From NCBI GenBank assembly GCA_000388065.2, contig KB932207.1: DNA of 64,000 bases. One strand, written 5' to 3'. This DNA is from Fonticula alba ATCC 38817. Lineage: Eukaryota; Protista; Nucleariida. Positions 24,208 to 37,103 of the stretch are shown here, piece after piece. The position numbers and the translations under genes were made by a program. How positions within the stretch are numbered: position 1 is the first letter of the stretch; each line of letters starts with the position of its first letter. Below the pieces are notes generated by a model that was not told the DNA's origin, searched no databases, and saw nothing but the letters and a program-made list of their open reading frames with translations.

Positions 24208-24978
24208 GAATGTACCCCGCGCCAGATTCGCCCCTCGAGCAGCTCCCGGCCGCCCTGCCACCATCTGTCGCCGGGGGGGGGGGGGGGGNNNNNNNNNNNN
24301 NNNNNNNNNNNNNNNNNNCCGCCGAACGGGCCAGAAGAACGCCCCCCCCCCCCCCCCCCCCCCCCCCCCCCAGCACCCCCCCGCGCCCCCCCCCCCCCCT
24401 GGGGGGGGGGGGGGGGGGGGGGAGGGCATGTAGGCCTCCCCTCTCCCTGGCCCCCCCCTCCCCCCCCCTTCTCCCGGCGACCACAGTGCGTGTGCGCGTG
24501 TGTGGGCGCACCCCCCGATGTACCCGCGCCACAGGGTCATTTGGCCAAGGGGCCAGGTGGCGCAGGCGAAGTGCGAATATGCGCCCGCTACGGAACGCCA
24601 AGGATAAAGACCAAAAGAAGGAACAATCCCAGCCACATGATGTGCGAGGAGGGGGGAGAGAGGAGAAGCAGGCACAAATGCGGCCGCAGAAAATAGGGGA
24701 CACCGGCAACGGAGCAAAAAAGAGGTAGGGTCGATCTTTTGGGGGTGTGGAGGGCAAGGGAAGAAAAGGACACACACATGGGGGGGGGGTAGGGGGAGGG
24801 AGTAGGGGAAGCAGAGAGGGGACGCGGCCCTAGCGGCTCCCCTGCGCGTACACTGGCGCGCAAGGATGCCCTTGCCCCTGCCAGTCCCGGGGCCACGCGC
24901 ATTCGGCGGAATATAGGGCCAGCTGGCCCCCGGAGAGGAAAGGAAAGGGCGGATGGAAGGGGAGGGACAGAAAGCCAC

Positions 24979-25237
24979 TTACATGTGGATGGGCTTGTCG
25001 TAGGCAGCCATGCAGGCCTCCTTCAGGGCCTCAGAGAGGGTCTGGAGGGGGAGAGAGCGAGCGAGCGAGAAGGGCGGACACGGAGAAGGAAAGTCAGCAG
25101 CAGGCATACACAATCAACGAAGGGGGAGGAGGGGGGGACGCGAGCGGCGCGCGCGCGCGCGAGCATCACGAAGGGCAGCAACAGGGGCCGCCCCTGGCGT
25201 GCTCTCCTCCCCGCCACATCTCGCAGTTGCGCGAGGG

Positions 25238-25268
<31 letters not shown>

Positions 25269-27213
25269 AGGGACAAAAGGACAGGCGAAGAGGGGAAGGA
25301 AAAACGCACCGGGTGAGCGTGGCAGGTGCGGGCAACATCCTCGGAGGAGGCCTGGTACTCGACGGCCAGGACAGCCTCAGCGATGAGCTCGCCGGCGTTG
25401 GGGCCGATGATGTGGATACCGAGGATGCGGTCGGTCTTGGCGTCGGCCAGGACCTTGACGTTACCGACGGCATCGTTGTTGGCGCGGGCACGAGAGTTGG
25501 CCATGAAGGGGAAGTCACCAACGCGGAAGGCGACGCCCTCAGCCTTGAGCTGCTCCTCGGTCTTGCCGACCTGGGCAACCTCGGGGTGGGTGTAGACCAC
25601 GGACGGGATGGCCTCGTAGTTGACATGGCCATGCTTGCCGGCGATGTTCTCCACACAGGCAACACCCTCCTCCTCGGCCTTGTGGGCCAGCATCGGACCG
25701 TCGATGACATCACCGATGGCGTAAATGCCCGGGACGTTGGTCTGGAACTGGTCGTTGACCTGGACGCGGCCCTTGTCGTCGAGGGCGACGCCGACCTCCT
25801 TCAGGCCGAGGCCATCGGTGTAGGGGCGGCGACCGATGGAAACAAGGACGACATCGGCCTCGATCTTGGTCTGAGCGCCGCCGGCCTTGGGCTCGACGAT
25901 GACGCTCTGGGCACCGGAGGACTGGTCCACGCCGACCACCTTGGTGGAGGTCATGAACTTGATGCCCTGGGAGGTGAGGCTGCGCTGGAAGGACTTGGCA
26001 ATGGCGCTGTCCATGCCGGCGCCAATGGCGTCGGCGAACTCGACGACGGTGACCTCAGAGCCGAGGCGGCGCCAGACGGAGCCCTTCGGTAGCGCGACCG
26101 CGGTCGGGGAGCAAGTGGCCAAGCTGTCAGTCGGAAGTGGAAACGAGGGGGGGGGGTCACAAGAAGGGAAGGATGACGGAGAACGCACAAGCTCGAGACC
26201 GATCACACCACCGCCAATGACAACCATCTTCTTGGGGACGGTCTTGAGGGCGAGGGCACCGGTGGAGTCGATGATCTTCTCCTGGTCGACCTGCATGTAT
26301 ATACATATGTACGTATGGATGGGTGGTGCCGTGCAAGAGAGGTGCGGCGGATGACGGGGAAGGACGGAGGGAGGAGGAGTGCAAGGGTGTCAGCGACAAA
26401 TGGGTACTAGACAGGAGGGGGGGGGGGGACGGGCGGCGGGCCAACGGCCGGGGACAATGCACGCACCTTCAGGCCGGGGAAGGGAGAGGGCTCGGAGCCG
26501 GTGGCAATGATGATGTGCTTGGCCTTGATGGCCTCGCTGCCGCCGTCGATCAGGTCGACGTTCAGGCTGGAGGGGGCGGTGATGCGGCCCTTACCCTTGA
26601 CATAGGTGACCTTGTTCTTCTTGAAGAGCATCTCAATACCGCCAGTCAGGCCGGTGACAACCTTGTCCTTGTTCTTCATCAGGGCGTCGAGGTCGTAGGA
26701 GATATCGGAAGCTGTCGGCAGGGGAGGGGGGGAAGGGGGGACAGGGCGAGGCCGTGTGAGAAGAGAGCGTGTGGGCGTGTGTGTGTGCGCGCGCGCGCGC
26801 GCGCGCACGGAAGTCGGTGGCAAAGGAAGCCCGAAGAGCAAGGAAAGAATAGTGGAAGGAGCGGCAGCAGCCGCAGCCGCAGCCACAGCGCCGAGGGAGG
26901 GGCACGTACCCTTGAGGCCGAGCTTGGGGAAGTCGTTCTTGGCAACGTGGTACATGTGGGTGGTGTTCAGCAGGGACTTGGAGGGGATGCAGCCAACGTT
27001 GAGGCAGGTACCGCCGAGCTTGCCGCGAGACTCAATGCACACGGTGTTCAGACCGAGCTGGGCAGCCTTGATGGCGGCGACGTAGCCACCGGGACCACCA
27101 CCGATGACGGCGACGTCGTACTCCTTGTTGGCCACGGCCGAGTAGAAGCGGGGGGCCACCATGCGGGCGGCGCCCAGGGGGCGAGAGAGGGAGACAATAC
27201 CGGTGCGAAGCAT
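24979..27213 (-). CDS. DLD: Mitochondrial dihydrolipoamide dehydrogenase (E3), multi-exon
   Basis: Presequence; DVAVIGGGPGGYVAA; GGTCLNVGCIPSK (redox disulfide); VIGGGVIGLE; GDVIDGPMLAHKA; CHAHP|TLSEA. Ends KPIHM* at 24979. Confidence 0.97.
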
Positions 27214-29033
27214 GGCGAAGGTAAGGGGGGGGGAGGCGAAAAGCGGAGGCGATCGGGCTGCTAGGGGCGGAACGAGGGCTCACACGTTTGGTCCGGGCGC
27301 TTCGCGCGGGGGAGGGATGGCCGGGCGGGTGCGCCAAAAAGCCCCCCTCCCCCACACGCGTCCGAGACGCCCCCCGCCGGCCGGGGGGGGGGGGACCGGG
27401 TGGTGGACAACGGGGACTCGGTCCCTGGCCATCCCTCCCCCTCCCCCCTACACCCGGGTTGGCCCCACTCGGGGGGCTCCGCGGCCAGAGACTCCTCCGG
27501 CGGAGGGACGCGCGGGCACGCTGCGCACGCTTATGCGGCTACCGCATGGGGGGGGGGGGGGGCCGAGGGGGAGGGGTGGCGGAACGTGCGTATCCCGCCA
27601 ACCGGACGGCACGCCGACACGCGACCGGCCATCCTCGCCAGCGCCGGCGGCACTGTGACGATCGGCCAGCACAGGGCGAGGGGACGGCAGGGCCAAGCAC
27701 CTGGGGGGGAGGGGGGGTTGTCCTAGGCTCGCACGCTCGACCGGAAGTGGCCCTAGGCAGGGGCCCCCACCGCCCGCGCGCACCCCGGGTCCCGGTGGCC
27801 ACCGACCAGGCACCGGGGGCATGGTCAGACCCGGCCTCTGCCCCATTAGTCCGACGGCCCGCCGCCTGGCCCTTCTCCCGGGCGATCGCCTGGGGGGGAC
27901 GCGGGCGACCCCCCTGCGCCCCCGCCCAACTCCGAGGGAACTTACGCGGGTCGCTCGGCCGGCAGACAGGACCACGAACCGGTGAAATGTCACCCCGAAC
28001 GCATGGCTGGCACACACACATACATACACACATGCATGCAAGACGGGGTACTCCATGCCCCTACACAGGTAAAACGCCCCTTGCACACACTCGCCCCTCG
28101 CCGTGATGTGTTTCCCCCGAGTTGCCCCAAAAAGCCCTAGCTCACATAGCCCCCGCCCCCCCCCCCCACACACACACACACACAAAAGAACCGAGAAACA
28201 TCGCCGGCAGCTATTTAATCCTTTTTTATTCGGCGGCTTTACTTTTCCCTCCCCCCTGGCCCGAAGCGGTCGTGGCAGCAGCTGGGGCCTCTTTTTTTCC
28301 GCCGCCTCCCCACGCCCCTCTGCCGTACTTCGTTAGGCCCCTCCCTGGCCTCCGCAAACGGGGCGGAACGTGTGTGCGCGCGCGCGCGCGTAGGACCAGC
28401 GACGAGCCGGTGCCCATCGCTTCAGGTTCCACCTCCAGGGTTATTTACTAAACAGCGCACATGCCCACCGACACCCGGGAAGTCACCGCGAGGCCACACG
28501 TGTGACAAAAGCACATGACACACCCGATTCGATTGTTATTACCTCGGCTCGGATGCACGCGCCCGGTGTTGGCACTAATACGAAGCCCTTGGTTCCTGCT
28601 CGGTGCACAGTCCTTCCCGGACCTGGTCAGCTCTCCAGTGCCGGGGGCGTAGGGGCCGGTGCTGCACATGTGTATGGGACAAGCACGGTGCGTCGTTGCC
28701 GGGCACGCCCCGCACGCGCCGGGCCCTCGCCAAAGCGTCGCCAGAGTCGTGTGCGGGATGTGTGTGCATTTTACCTGCCCCGATCTGGTTTGGGGGCTGT
28801 ATGTGCCCCGTGCTCGCGGAGGGGCGATCTCCCCGGCTGCCCCTCGCCCCTCAATCCATCCCCGTCCGCAGGTTATCCCAGCAGGGGAGAGCCGACGGTC
28901 AGTCTTCATCAGGAGGCAGAACCTTCTCTCCCAGCTCCCCTGCTGGGGGATCATGCTCCCACCCTGCCCCCCCCCCCTTTCTCCCCCCACGTCTCGGCCC
29001 TCTTTCGCCTGCACTCCGCCTTGCCTTGCCATC

Positions 29034-29236
29034 ATGGCCTCCTCCCGGGCGGTCACCCCCATGCGGGCATCGACGCCACGGACCCCGGTCTCCCCGCCGC
29101 AACTCCTACAGCAACTCGAGGGTGCGCTCCCCTCCTCCCCTTCCCGACTTTCCCACTCTCCTCGCACCATCACTGGCCCCTCGCTCGACTGTTTTCTCCT
29201 CCCGCTCCCTCTCCCTATCTCTAACACACACACACA

Positions 29237-29269
<33 letters not shown>

Positions 29270-29410
29270 CATCCCCGCTGTTCCACAGGCATCGCCGATC
29301 TGATCCACTCGCTACCAGGGAAGTCCGTCCAAGACGGCCAGGCCTACTTCAACGAGTTGGTGCTCTGCCTGGAGCGTTGCTTCCGCCACGGCCTGAAAGG
29401 TATGATCACT

Positions 29411-29456
<46 letters not shown>

Positions 29457-32400
29457 CCTCACATACACACACACGCGCTCCGCTCCCAAGCCGGGCACAC
29501 ATCTGCAACTAACTCGCAATCCACTCCTGTGTTGCTGTCCCTGCACTGACCCGCTCTGCAGGCAAAGTCACGCTTTTTGGCGGCATCGAGCGCCGGGACT
29601 ACTTTTCTTGGGTTGCCTCGCTGGCCAGCGGCGACCCGGTTCTCCGTGAAGAGGTCATCAAATCCCAGCGGGTGATCAAGGTCCGCGAGTCGCTGTCCCC
29701 ACTCGACCATCTCATGCCGACGTGTGCTTACCTTGCTCGCTCCTTCCCCCGTCTTCGGGCGCGTAGCCGACAAACCTGCAAGAGCAGGGGCGTGCCTTCC
29801 TCAAGTGGGCTCTCCGCCACCAGCTCCTGGCCGACACGACACAGAAGCTTGTCATCAAGCCCGACATCTTGAAGTGCGTTCGCGCCCAAGCCCTTTCCTT
29901 GGTTGCTTTCTCCCTCCCTCCCTCCCTCCCTCCCTCTCTCTCTCCTCCCATTTCCGTCTCCTCTCAACGCATCCTCACCATCTGTTCTGCTTCCCCCATG
30001 GCTAAAGTGAATTCTATGTGCCCGAGGCCTTCATGCAGAATGGGTATTGCTTCCGTGCTTTGGTCACCCTGTTGTATGACCTGCACGGAGTGACCTTCAT
30101 CATCCCGGGCGAAAGCTCCCCGGCACCGGCGCCTGTCCCGACACGGACGCCCCCCGCCAGCGTTCGGCCGCCCGCCGCTGTTTCTGGCGCCACTGCTCCG
30201 AACGCTGTTCCCTCGGGCACCGGTGCTTCGACTGCCACTGCCCCCGCTGTTCCCGCGTCGGCAACCAAGGCGCCCGCCATCGACGCCATCGAGAATGCCC
30301 CGGCCGCAGTTGCCGTGGCTGCTCCTGCCACGAGCTCGACCTCCGAGCCGCCTGTGTCGGCCAGTGCCCCCGGGCCCGCGTCTGCCCTGTACGACAGCCC
30401 CCCTCTCCCTCTGCTTCTGTCTCTGCCACACGCAAACACAAACACACACACACACGCACACACAATCCCTCTCTCTCCCTCTCTCTCCCTCTCTTCCTCT
30501 CTCTCCCTCTCTCTTCCTCTCTCTCCCTCTCTCTCCCCCCCTCTCNNNNNNNNNNNNNNNNNNNNNNNNNNNNNNNNNNNNNNNNNNNNNNNNNNNNNNN
30601 NNNNNNNNNNNNNNNNNNNNNNNNNNNNNNNNNNNNNNNNNNNNNNNNNNNNNNNNNNNNNNNNNNNNNNNNNNNNNNNNNNNNNNNNNNNNNNNNNNNN
30701 NNNNNNNNNNNNNNNNNNNNNNNNNNNNNNNNNNNNNNNNNNNNNNNNNNNNNNNNNNNNNNNNNNNNNNNNNNNNNNNNNNNNNNNNNNNNNNNNNNNN
30801 NNNNNNNNNNNNNNNNNNNNNNNNNNNCCCCCTCTCCCCCTCTCTCCACCTCTCTCCACTTCCGTTGCTCCCAATGTCTCCCCCCAGTTCTTACACACAA
30901 GGCCAGTACTTTTACTCACCATATCTGTGCCACCCCAGCGCCACACAGGCCAAGAAGCGCCGCCCTAGAAAGCCCAAGACGATTGCCCTCGACGAGGATC
31001 CTGAGCAAGCGGCCCCACCTGGCGACTCGCTGGCCCCCAGCGAGACTGCAGACTCAGCTGGCACACCAGGTGTTGCTGATAATGTGCCCGTCTGCGATGA
31101 AGTCCCGGGCCCAGCCGAGGCCTCGGCTGGGCCCTCGGCCACTGACGCCCCGTCAGCCGGTCCGATGGCCATCTCCTCTTCGGAGACAAAGGAAGCTACC
31201 GGCTCCGAGGACCGCGGTGCCGAGTCGCTTCCCGCTTCGTCGTCCACGCCGTTTCTTGTCAGCTCGTTGCCAGTTTATCTCCCATATCCGGCACAGCCCC
31301 CCTCGGTCACGCGGCCGGACGAGAGCGGCCACTTGCTTCCCAGCACGCCTGGCATGTCGGTCCCCGGTCTGGCTGCCATCGAGAACGCCTTCCTGCCCGG
31401 GGGCATGGATTTCACCGCGTCAGGCCCGCATGCGGCGTCCGGCTTCCCTCTGCCGGTGACCGTGCTGCCGCCTGATGTCGTGGCCAGCCCGATCCCCGAA
31501 AATGCCGGTACATTCAGCGGGCTGCCTTCGATGCCCCCGCAGCAGGCAGACGCCCTCGTTGGCTCTGGATGTGGCGCTTGCTCGGGACACCGGACGTGCG
31601 TTGTCTCTTTCCTGCCCCGGGCGCGCCCAATCCCTGGCGTACGCCCACACCCACATGCTGACTTCCTTTCCCGCCCCCCCCCCCCCTCCCCCCTGCCGGG
31701 GTGTCCGCGGCGTGTGTNNNNNNNNNNNNNNNNNNNNNNNNNNNNNNNNNNNNNNNNNNNNNNNNNNNNNNNNNNNCCGTGCACTCCAGTATGTTCGGGC
31801 CTTTGGCTGACCCCCACCCCCCCCCCCAATCGATGGCGTCGCCCGTAGCGAGGCCGAGACCCTGCGCAGCTCCATTGCCACCACCACCTCCGCCCTGGCC
31901 ACCGCGCAGGCACTCATCCAATCGCAAGGGGAACACATTCTCGTGTTTGAGAAGACAATTGCCCTGCAAACAAATCAGCTGGAGAGCGCGGCCTCCCGGC
32001 GTGATGCCCTTGAGAAGGAGGTTGACCGACTGACGGCCGAGCTTCGCATGGAGACCAGCGCCCGGCGCCGTGCCGAGGAAAATATCCGCATCTTGGAGGG
32101 GACCATCCAGCGGTGCGTCTGCCATGCCCCCCTTCCTTTCTGGGCCCGATTTTGTTCTTTCCTCCCTCCTCCGTTGCTTGTATCCCCCATCCCCACCCCC
32201 CACCCGCTGCCCGGATGCGATGCCCCCGGTCAACCTTGCTTACCCATGTCCTTTCCCCTGCCCGACCTCAGACTCGAGCACAAGCACATCACCACACTCA
32301 CCGAGAAGGATGCCTTCGCGGACGAGTCGCGCCTGACAGCCTGGGCACTGAAGAATGCCCAAGCCGCGCTGCAGCGCCTGCAGCAAGAGCGCCACCAGGT

Positions 32401-32677
32401 AGAGCGGCGAGCTTGGGTGGCGGACGAGGACGCACCGAACTGCGGCGAGTGCCATCGGCACTTTACGTTCTTCCGGCGGCGGCACCACTGCCGCCGGTGT
32501 GGGCGCATTTTCTGCCACGCTTGCTCCTCGAAGGTGGCCCTGACCACGGCGGCTCCGACCCCGGTGCGCGTCTGCGACCATTGCTACACCGCATGCACGA
32601 ATGCCGCGGGCAATGACACCGGGCCCACCAGTGTCGCCAGCGCGGGCCCCTCCCCCGGCGGCGCAGCAGCCTCATAG
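29034..32677 (+). CDS. RUN + coiled-coil + FYVE protein (RUFY/FYCO1-like), multi-exon
   Basis: RUN blocks [25 protein letters not shown] and FYVPEAFM; a coiled coil; a FYVE domain with [18 protein letters not shown] and RVCDHC (all three PI3P-binding signature motifs). Confidence 0.85.
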
Positions 32678-32993
32678 ACATATCTCGAGCCATCGGGCGC
32701 GAGCTCGGTGCTTGGTCATCTGTGCTTTTTTTTTGCTCCTTTTGACTCATATACGGGCGTGCGCCATGTTGCAAGCTCAAGGGGGGGGGGGGGTATCTGA
32801 TGTTCGTGTATTTGCGTGCGCACGGGTGTGTCCGTGCGGGGGTGCATTGTGAAGAGGAGGGTCCACGCGCGCACGTGCAGGCGGGGTGTGTGGGGGGGGG
32901 CATCCGTGTCTCTTCCCCCTCCCCGCTCCATGTCAATGGTGGAGCAGCAGGGAGAGGCCAGGAAGGTGAGGGACCGGCGGAGGCGGGCATGCG

Positions 32994-33960
32994 CTAGATG
33001 CTCTGTGGTGTGTTGTACGGGAGGCGGTGTGTTAGGGATTCTCGGGTCGGGAAAAGGGTGCAGTCACGGGGCAGGCGGTGGCAAGTGTGGTAGAGGCAAC
33101 GCGCGCGCGCGCGCGCGTGCGCACCAGCTCGGCCGCGGTGATGGCCTGCGCCAGGGTTTCCAGCGTGATGGCGCAGTTGTACGCCGGCGACTCCTGGTAG
33201 TCGTGCGTCAGGCAATGGGCCAACTCCTGGCGGAGCTTGTGCACCTGCTCAACATCAGCCGGCATGGGGCTATGGCGCACAGGGAAAAGAGGCGAGGAGG
33301 GGAGGGGGAGGGGGGGGGGGAGCGAGCGAGCGAGGGGCATTTGTCGGAAGGTCAGCCAGGCCGGGTAAACACTCTCAGAGCCGCGGGAGAGGGAAGAAAA
33401 GGGAGGGGCCTTGGGCCCATGCCGAAGGGGACCCACCTCTCCACCGGGGTCAGGGCGCTGAAGGACCGATCCAACCGGACGGCCAGGTCCTGGGTGTGCT
33501 CGTGCAGATCCAGCAGGTGCTGGCTGCGCACGCGCTCGGCCTCGAACTTCTCCAGGTTCTTGGCCTCCTCGATGGAGCGCTTGGCATCGGCGAGCGCCTG
33601 GTTGTAGCCAAGCTGATAGGTGTGGAAGGAGGCCGACCCCATGAGCAGGGACCGGCGGTCGGGGAAGAGCTGCGACAGCTCACGATCCAGGTCCAAGGAG
33701 GTGACAGCCGGGCGTTCCGCGCCGGCCGCGTCCCCGGCCAGGTGGTGCCGGAACATCTCCCGCTCGGCTAGCATCTCGAGAAAGCACTGGCTCACATCCA
33801 GCGAAGAGGGCGGCACAGCCGGGGGCTGGGCCGCGGCCGCCGGCGACGGGATCGGCGCGTCGGGGTCCGGCACCGCGGTCACCCGCTCCAAGGTGGGGTT
33901 GTCCATCGCCAGAGACCGGGTGTTCTCGGTGGAGTTCAGGGCAGAGAGGGAGTTACCCAT
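32994..33960 (-). CDS. Putative MICOS Mic19/CHCHD3-like protein, 3 exons
   Basis: Starts MGNSLS (N-myristoylation consensus), has a central charged coiled coil and a C-terminal C-x12-C (HCLTHDYQESPAYNC) followed by an amphipathic helix. Intron 1 at 33270-33436; a second intron precedes the SI* end. Confidence 0.5.
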
Positions 33961-36002
33961 GGCTACGGGGGTGGGTGGGTGGGTGGGGGGGGGGGGGATG
34001 GGGATGGGAGGGGGAGAGAGGCCGGACCTCGCCCCTGAATTTATTTCTGCAACGACCCGCTCCAGGGGCGGAGGCATATTTCTTGTCACGATCGGGCCGG
34101 CTCTCCCCGCGCCTCCTCCCCACCCCGTTGAAGGGGTGTCCTGCCAGGGAGCCAGGAAGGCGGCTGGCCGGCGAAAGTGCCCGCGCAGTCGAGGTGAGCT
34201 TGGGGTTGTCCATCTCCAGGACCGCCTGGTACTGGTACAGGTTGGGGGGATGGGGATGGGAGGGGGAGAGAGAGCGAGAGAAGGAGAGGTGTTTCAGTAA
34301 AAAAAAAGCCCAGGCAGAGAGGAGGGGAGGGGGAAATGGCACAGGAGCGCGCACCTGGTGCACGGCTTCCAAAGGCAGTGTGTCAAGGACGAAAGGAAAA
34401 AGGGGAGGGGGGAGGGGGGGGGGGAGAAGCTTGGGTGTCCTGAGTGTCCTCGCAGACCGGCGAGGCGGACTGCTCCTTTTTTGGCAATGGCCGCCCGAGG
34501 GGGGAGGGGCCGGCCGGCGCCGGCCGGCGACATATGCTCCCGGGGGAGGTTGGCTGCGCGAGTTCAAAAGCCGGGTCCAGCCCGCGATACCCGGGAGCCA
34601 ACGGACCCGACGACTAGTGCCAACTATCAAGGCTGATCACAAAGAGATCGACGATCACGCGACACGATAGCCCCCTCCAAAGATGTTGGCGGGGTAGCGG
34701 GGGCACGCCCCGGGAGCGCGGCCTTGAGGGGGGGGGGATGGAGGAGCACGGCCGGGCTGACCGCCGCACGCGCAATATTAGCGCCGGCTTCCAGGCCGCG
34801 GCGCGTGTAACTCTCTTCTTTGAGCCGGCCTATCGGCGCGCGGGCCCTTCTTTCGGTTAAGATAATCTTCCCCCCCCACATCAAGGGGGCCTCGCGCTTC
34901 TCGGCTCCTCCTCCGGCACGCCCTCGGCGAGGGCCTCTGTCCCTGCGCTCCCAACGCCAGCGAGAGGTGGCCAGCGTGGCGCGCGACCGGGGGCAGGAAG
35001 GGGGGGGGGGGGGGACGGCGATGGAGCCCCGGTGCCCCGGGCCGCAATCGAGCGTGCGTGGCTGCGGAATTATTTCCGGCCGAAGCACCGCGCGGGCCGC
35101 CCCCGCCCCCCCCCCCCCCCCACACCTCACATGCCCCCGCCCGACCACGGGGGAGGAGGACGAGGCCGATCTACTGGACACGCGCCAGCATTGACCTGGC
35201 GATCGGCCTATCACGTCTATCCGGGGATCCTCGGCGATTGCATCTTGAAGCTGGGCGACGATCTTACTCTCTCGCTCGGCCCCTGACCGGCTGGGAGATC
35301 TCTGCCTCCGGGGCCGCCCCGAGGCAAGGGGCCAGATGGCGTTGGCGTTCTCCGCTGGCCACCCCTCCCCCCCCCCCCACCGCCGCGCAGCCCCGGTAGA
35401 TGGGGCCTGACTGGTGGGCATGGGGCGATTCCCTCCAAGTGGGCGATCTGGCCCCTCGGCTGTGGAGACACCTGGGGCTGGGGCGTTTTTGGTATGGGCA
35501 GCCCGGCAGCCCGCCTCTCCGCGCGGGGGTTGTCCATGCGCGAACTGCCCGACCATACCCTTTGTGAGGATCGTCCTCGGTGACCGGCAATGGTGGCTCA
35601 GCGACACGATGCTCCTCCCGATTTCCCTCCCTGCTGCTATTCTCCCCGCCTCTCTCCTCTCCTGCCCTGCCCTTGTGCCCGAGCTTCCTTCCTTCTGTGC
35701 ACCCACGTAACGGCCTCCCTCTCTTGGACTCCGAACTCGGGAAGACGACAGTTCGCATCTCCTTGCGCACTCCTGCTCCCACGCACGCGTGCGTGCGCCT
35801 TCCCCGCCCTCCCTCCCCGCTCCGCCCCCCTTTCGGCTCACCCTCCCGCAGTATACCCGCCCAGAGTCCCCTTGCACCCCAGCACGAGCAGACACCGCCC
35901 GCGCGGAGAGAGCCCGCCCCGGCCAAGGAAGCCCTCCCATCGTGCAGGAAGCCTTCCCGATTGCCTGCTTCCAGACCGCCCCTTTCCCTCCCTCGTGCGA
36001 GG

Positions 36003-37057
36003 ATGGACCCTCGCGGAGCCCAGGGGATCTCCACCCGCTCGGCCCACAGCGAAGATGAATCGCACACGACCTTGAGCCTGCACCCTGCCGGTGGCCGGAC
36101 ATTGTCTCCTGGTGCCCGAGGCGTCCGGTCCATGGCCGGGTCTATGTCACTCTCGGGACTCGGCCATGGGCCCCGATGCCCGGGTGGCACTTCGGACCCC
36201 GACTTGCCCGGCATGAGTGCTCGCCAGCTGAAGGATCGCTTTGGCGTGCAGCTCTCCATGTCCCCGGTGTCAGTGGCCAACGCCGAGGAGCCGTTGGATG
36301 GGCTGGTCACCCTGCCATCGGATTTGCCTGGCCCCGGCCCCGGCCCCGGCCCCGGCCCCGGCCCCGGCCTGGTCCGGGCCCCCCCCAGCCCCCCGCGGCG
36401 AACATGGGCCGAACGAGCAGCCGACGACCTTGTGGGCATGGTTCTCCGCGTCTCCGGCGAGGTCTCGGCCGAGGAGGAGGCCCTCTCACCGGCGGCATCC
36501 CCACCGCCATTCGGTGGCCACCGTCATCGGGGGCCCCGTAGCTCGCACCATGAGAGCGATGACCCGGCCGGGGGCCGCCGCTTTCCGACCGACCAGCCAC
36601 TGGTCCTTGGGTCTCCAAGGCCGGCCCCGCGATTGGCCGCGCCTAGTGCGCCAGCCCCGGGCGGTCTTTTGTCCCCCGGGATCCGGGCTCCCGCGTCCCC
36701 AGCGCCGTGGTGGCCGAGCACCAGCGGTCTCATGGACCACTCCAGTGCCGGGCCGGCTACGGCCGGGCCCGTGGCCCCGCCCGCGAAGGGACCTCGGGGG
36801 CTGCACCTCCGGCGCCTCGTGGGTCTGCTCCGGTGGACAGCCACCGCGGCCGTGGCCCTCCTGGTGTGCTTCAACTTCGCCCATGCTCTACGCCAGGCCA
36901 TGCGTGCGCCAGAGCCGGTGCCGATGTTTGCCACGGCGGCGCCGCCGCTGTCCCAACTCCTGGCTCCCTTTCAGCCCGACTGCGTCCGGTGCAGCGCGGA
37001 ATTCCTACGTCAGCCGCTCGTCCGCGGGCTACAGCAACAGCAACATCAGCAAGACGC

Positions 37058-37103
<46 letters not shown>

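Noticed and set aside
20748-24350. Identical 23-mer ccgccgaacgggccagaagaacg plus poly-C at 20748 and 24319
   Set aside because: The second copy is wedged between an N gap and a poly-C run, so it is most likely a misplaced read or gap-fill artefact. There are only two copies and no spacer array, so it is neither CRISPR nor a mobile element.
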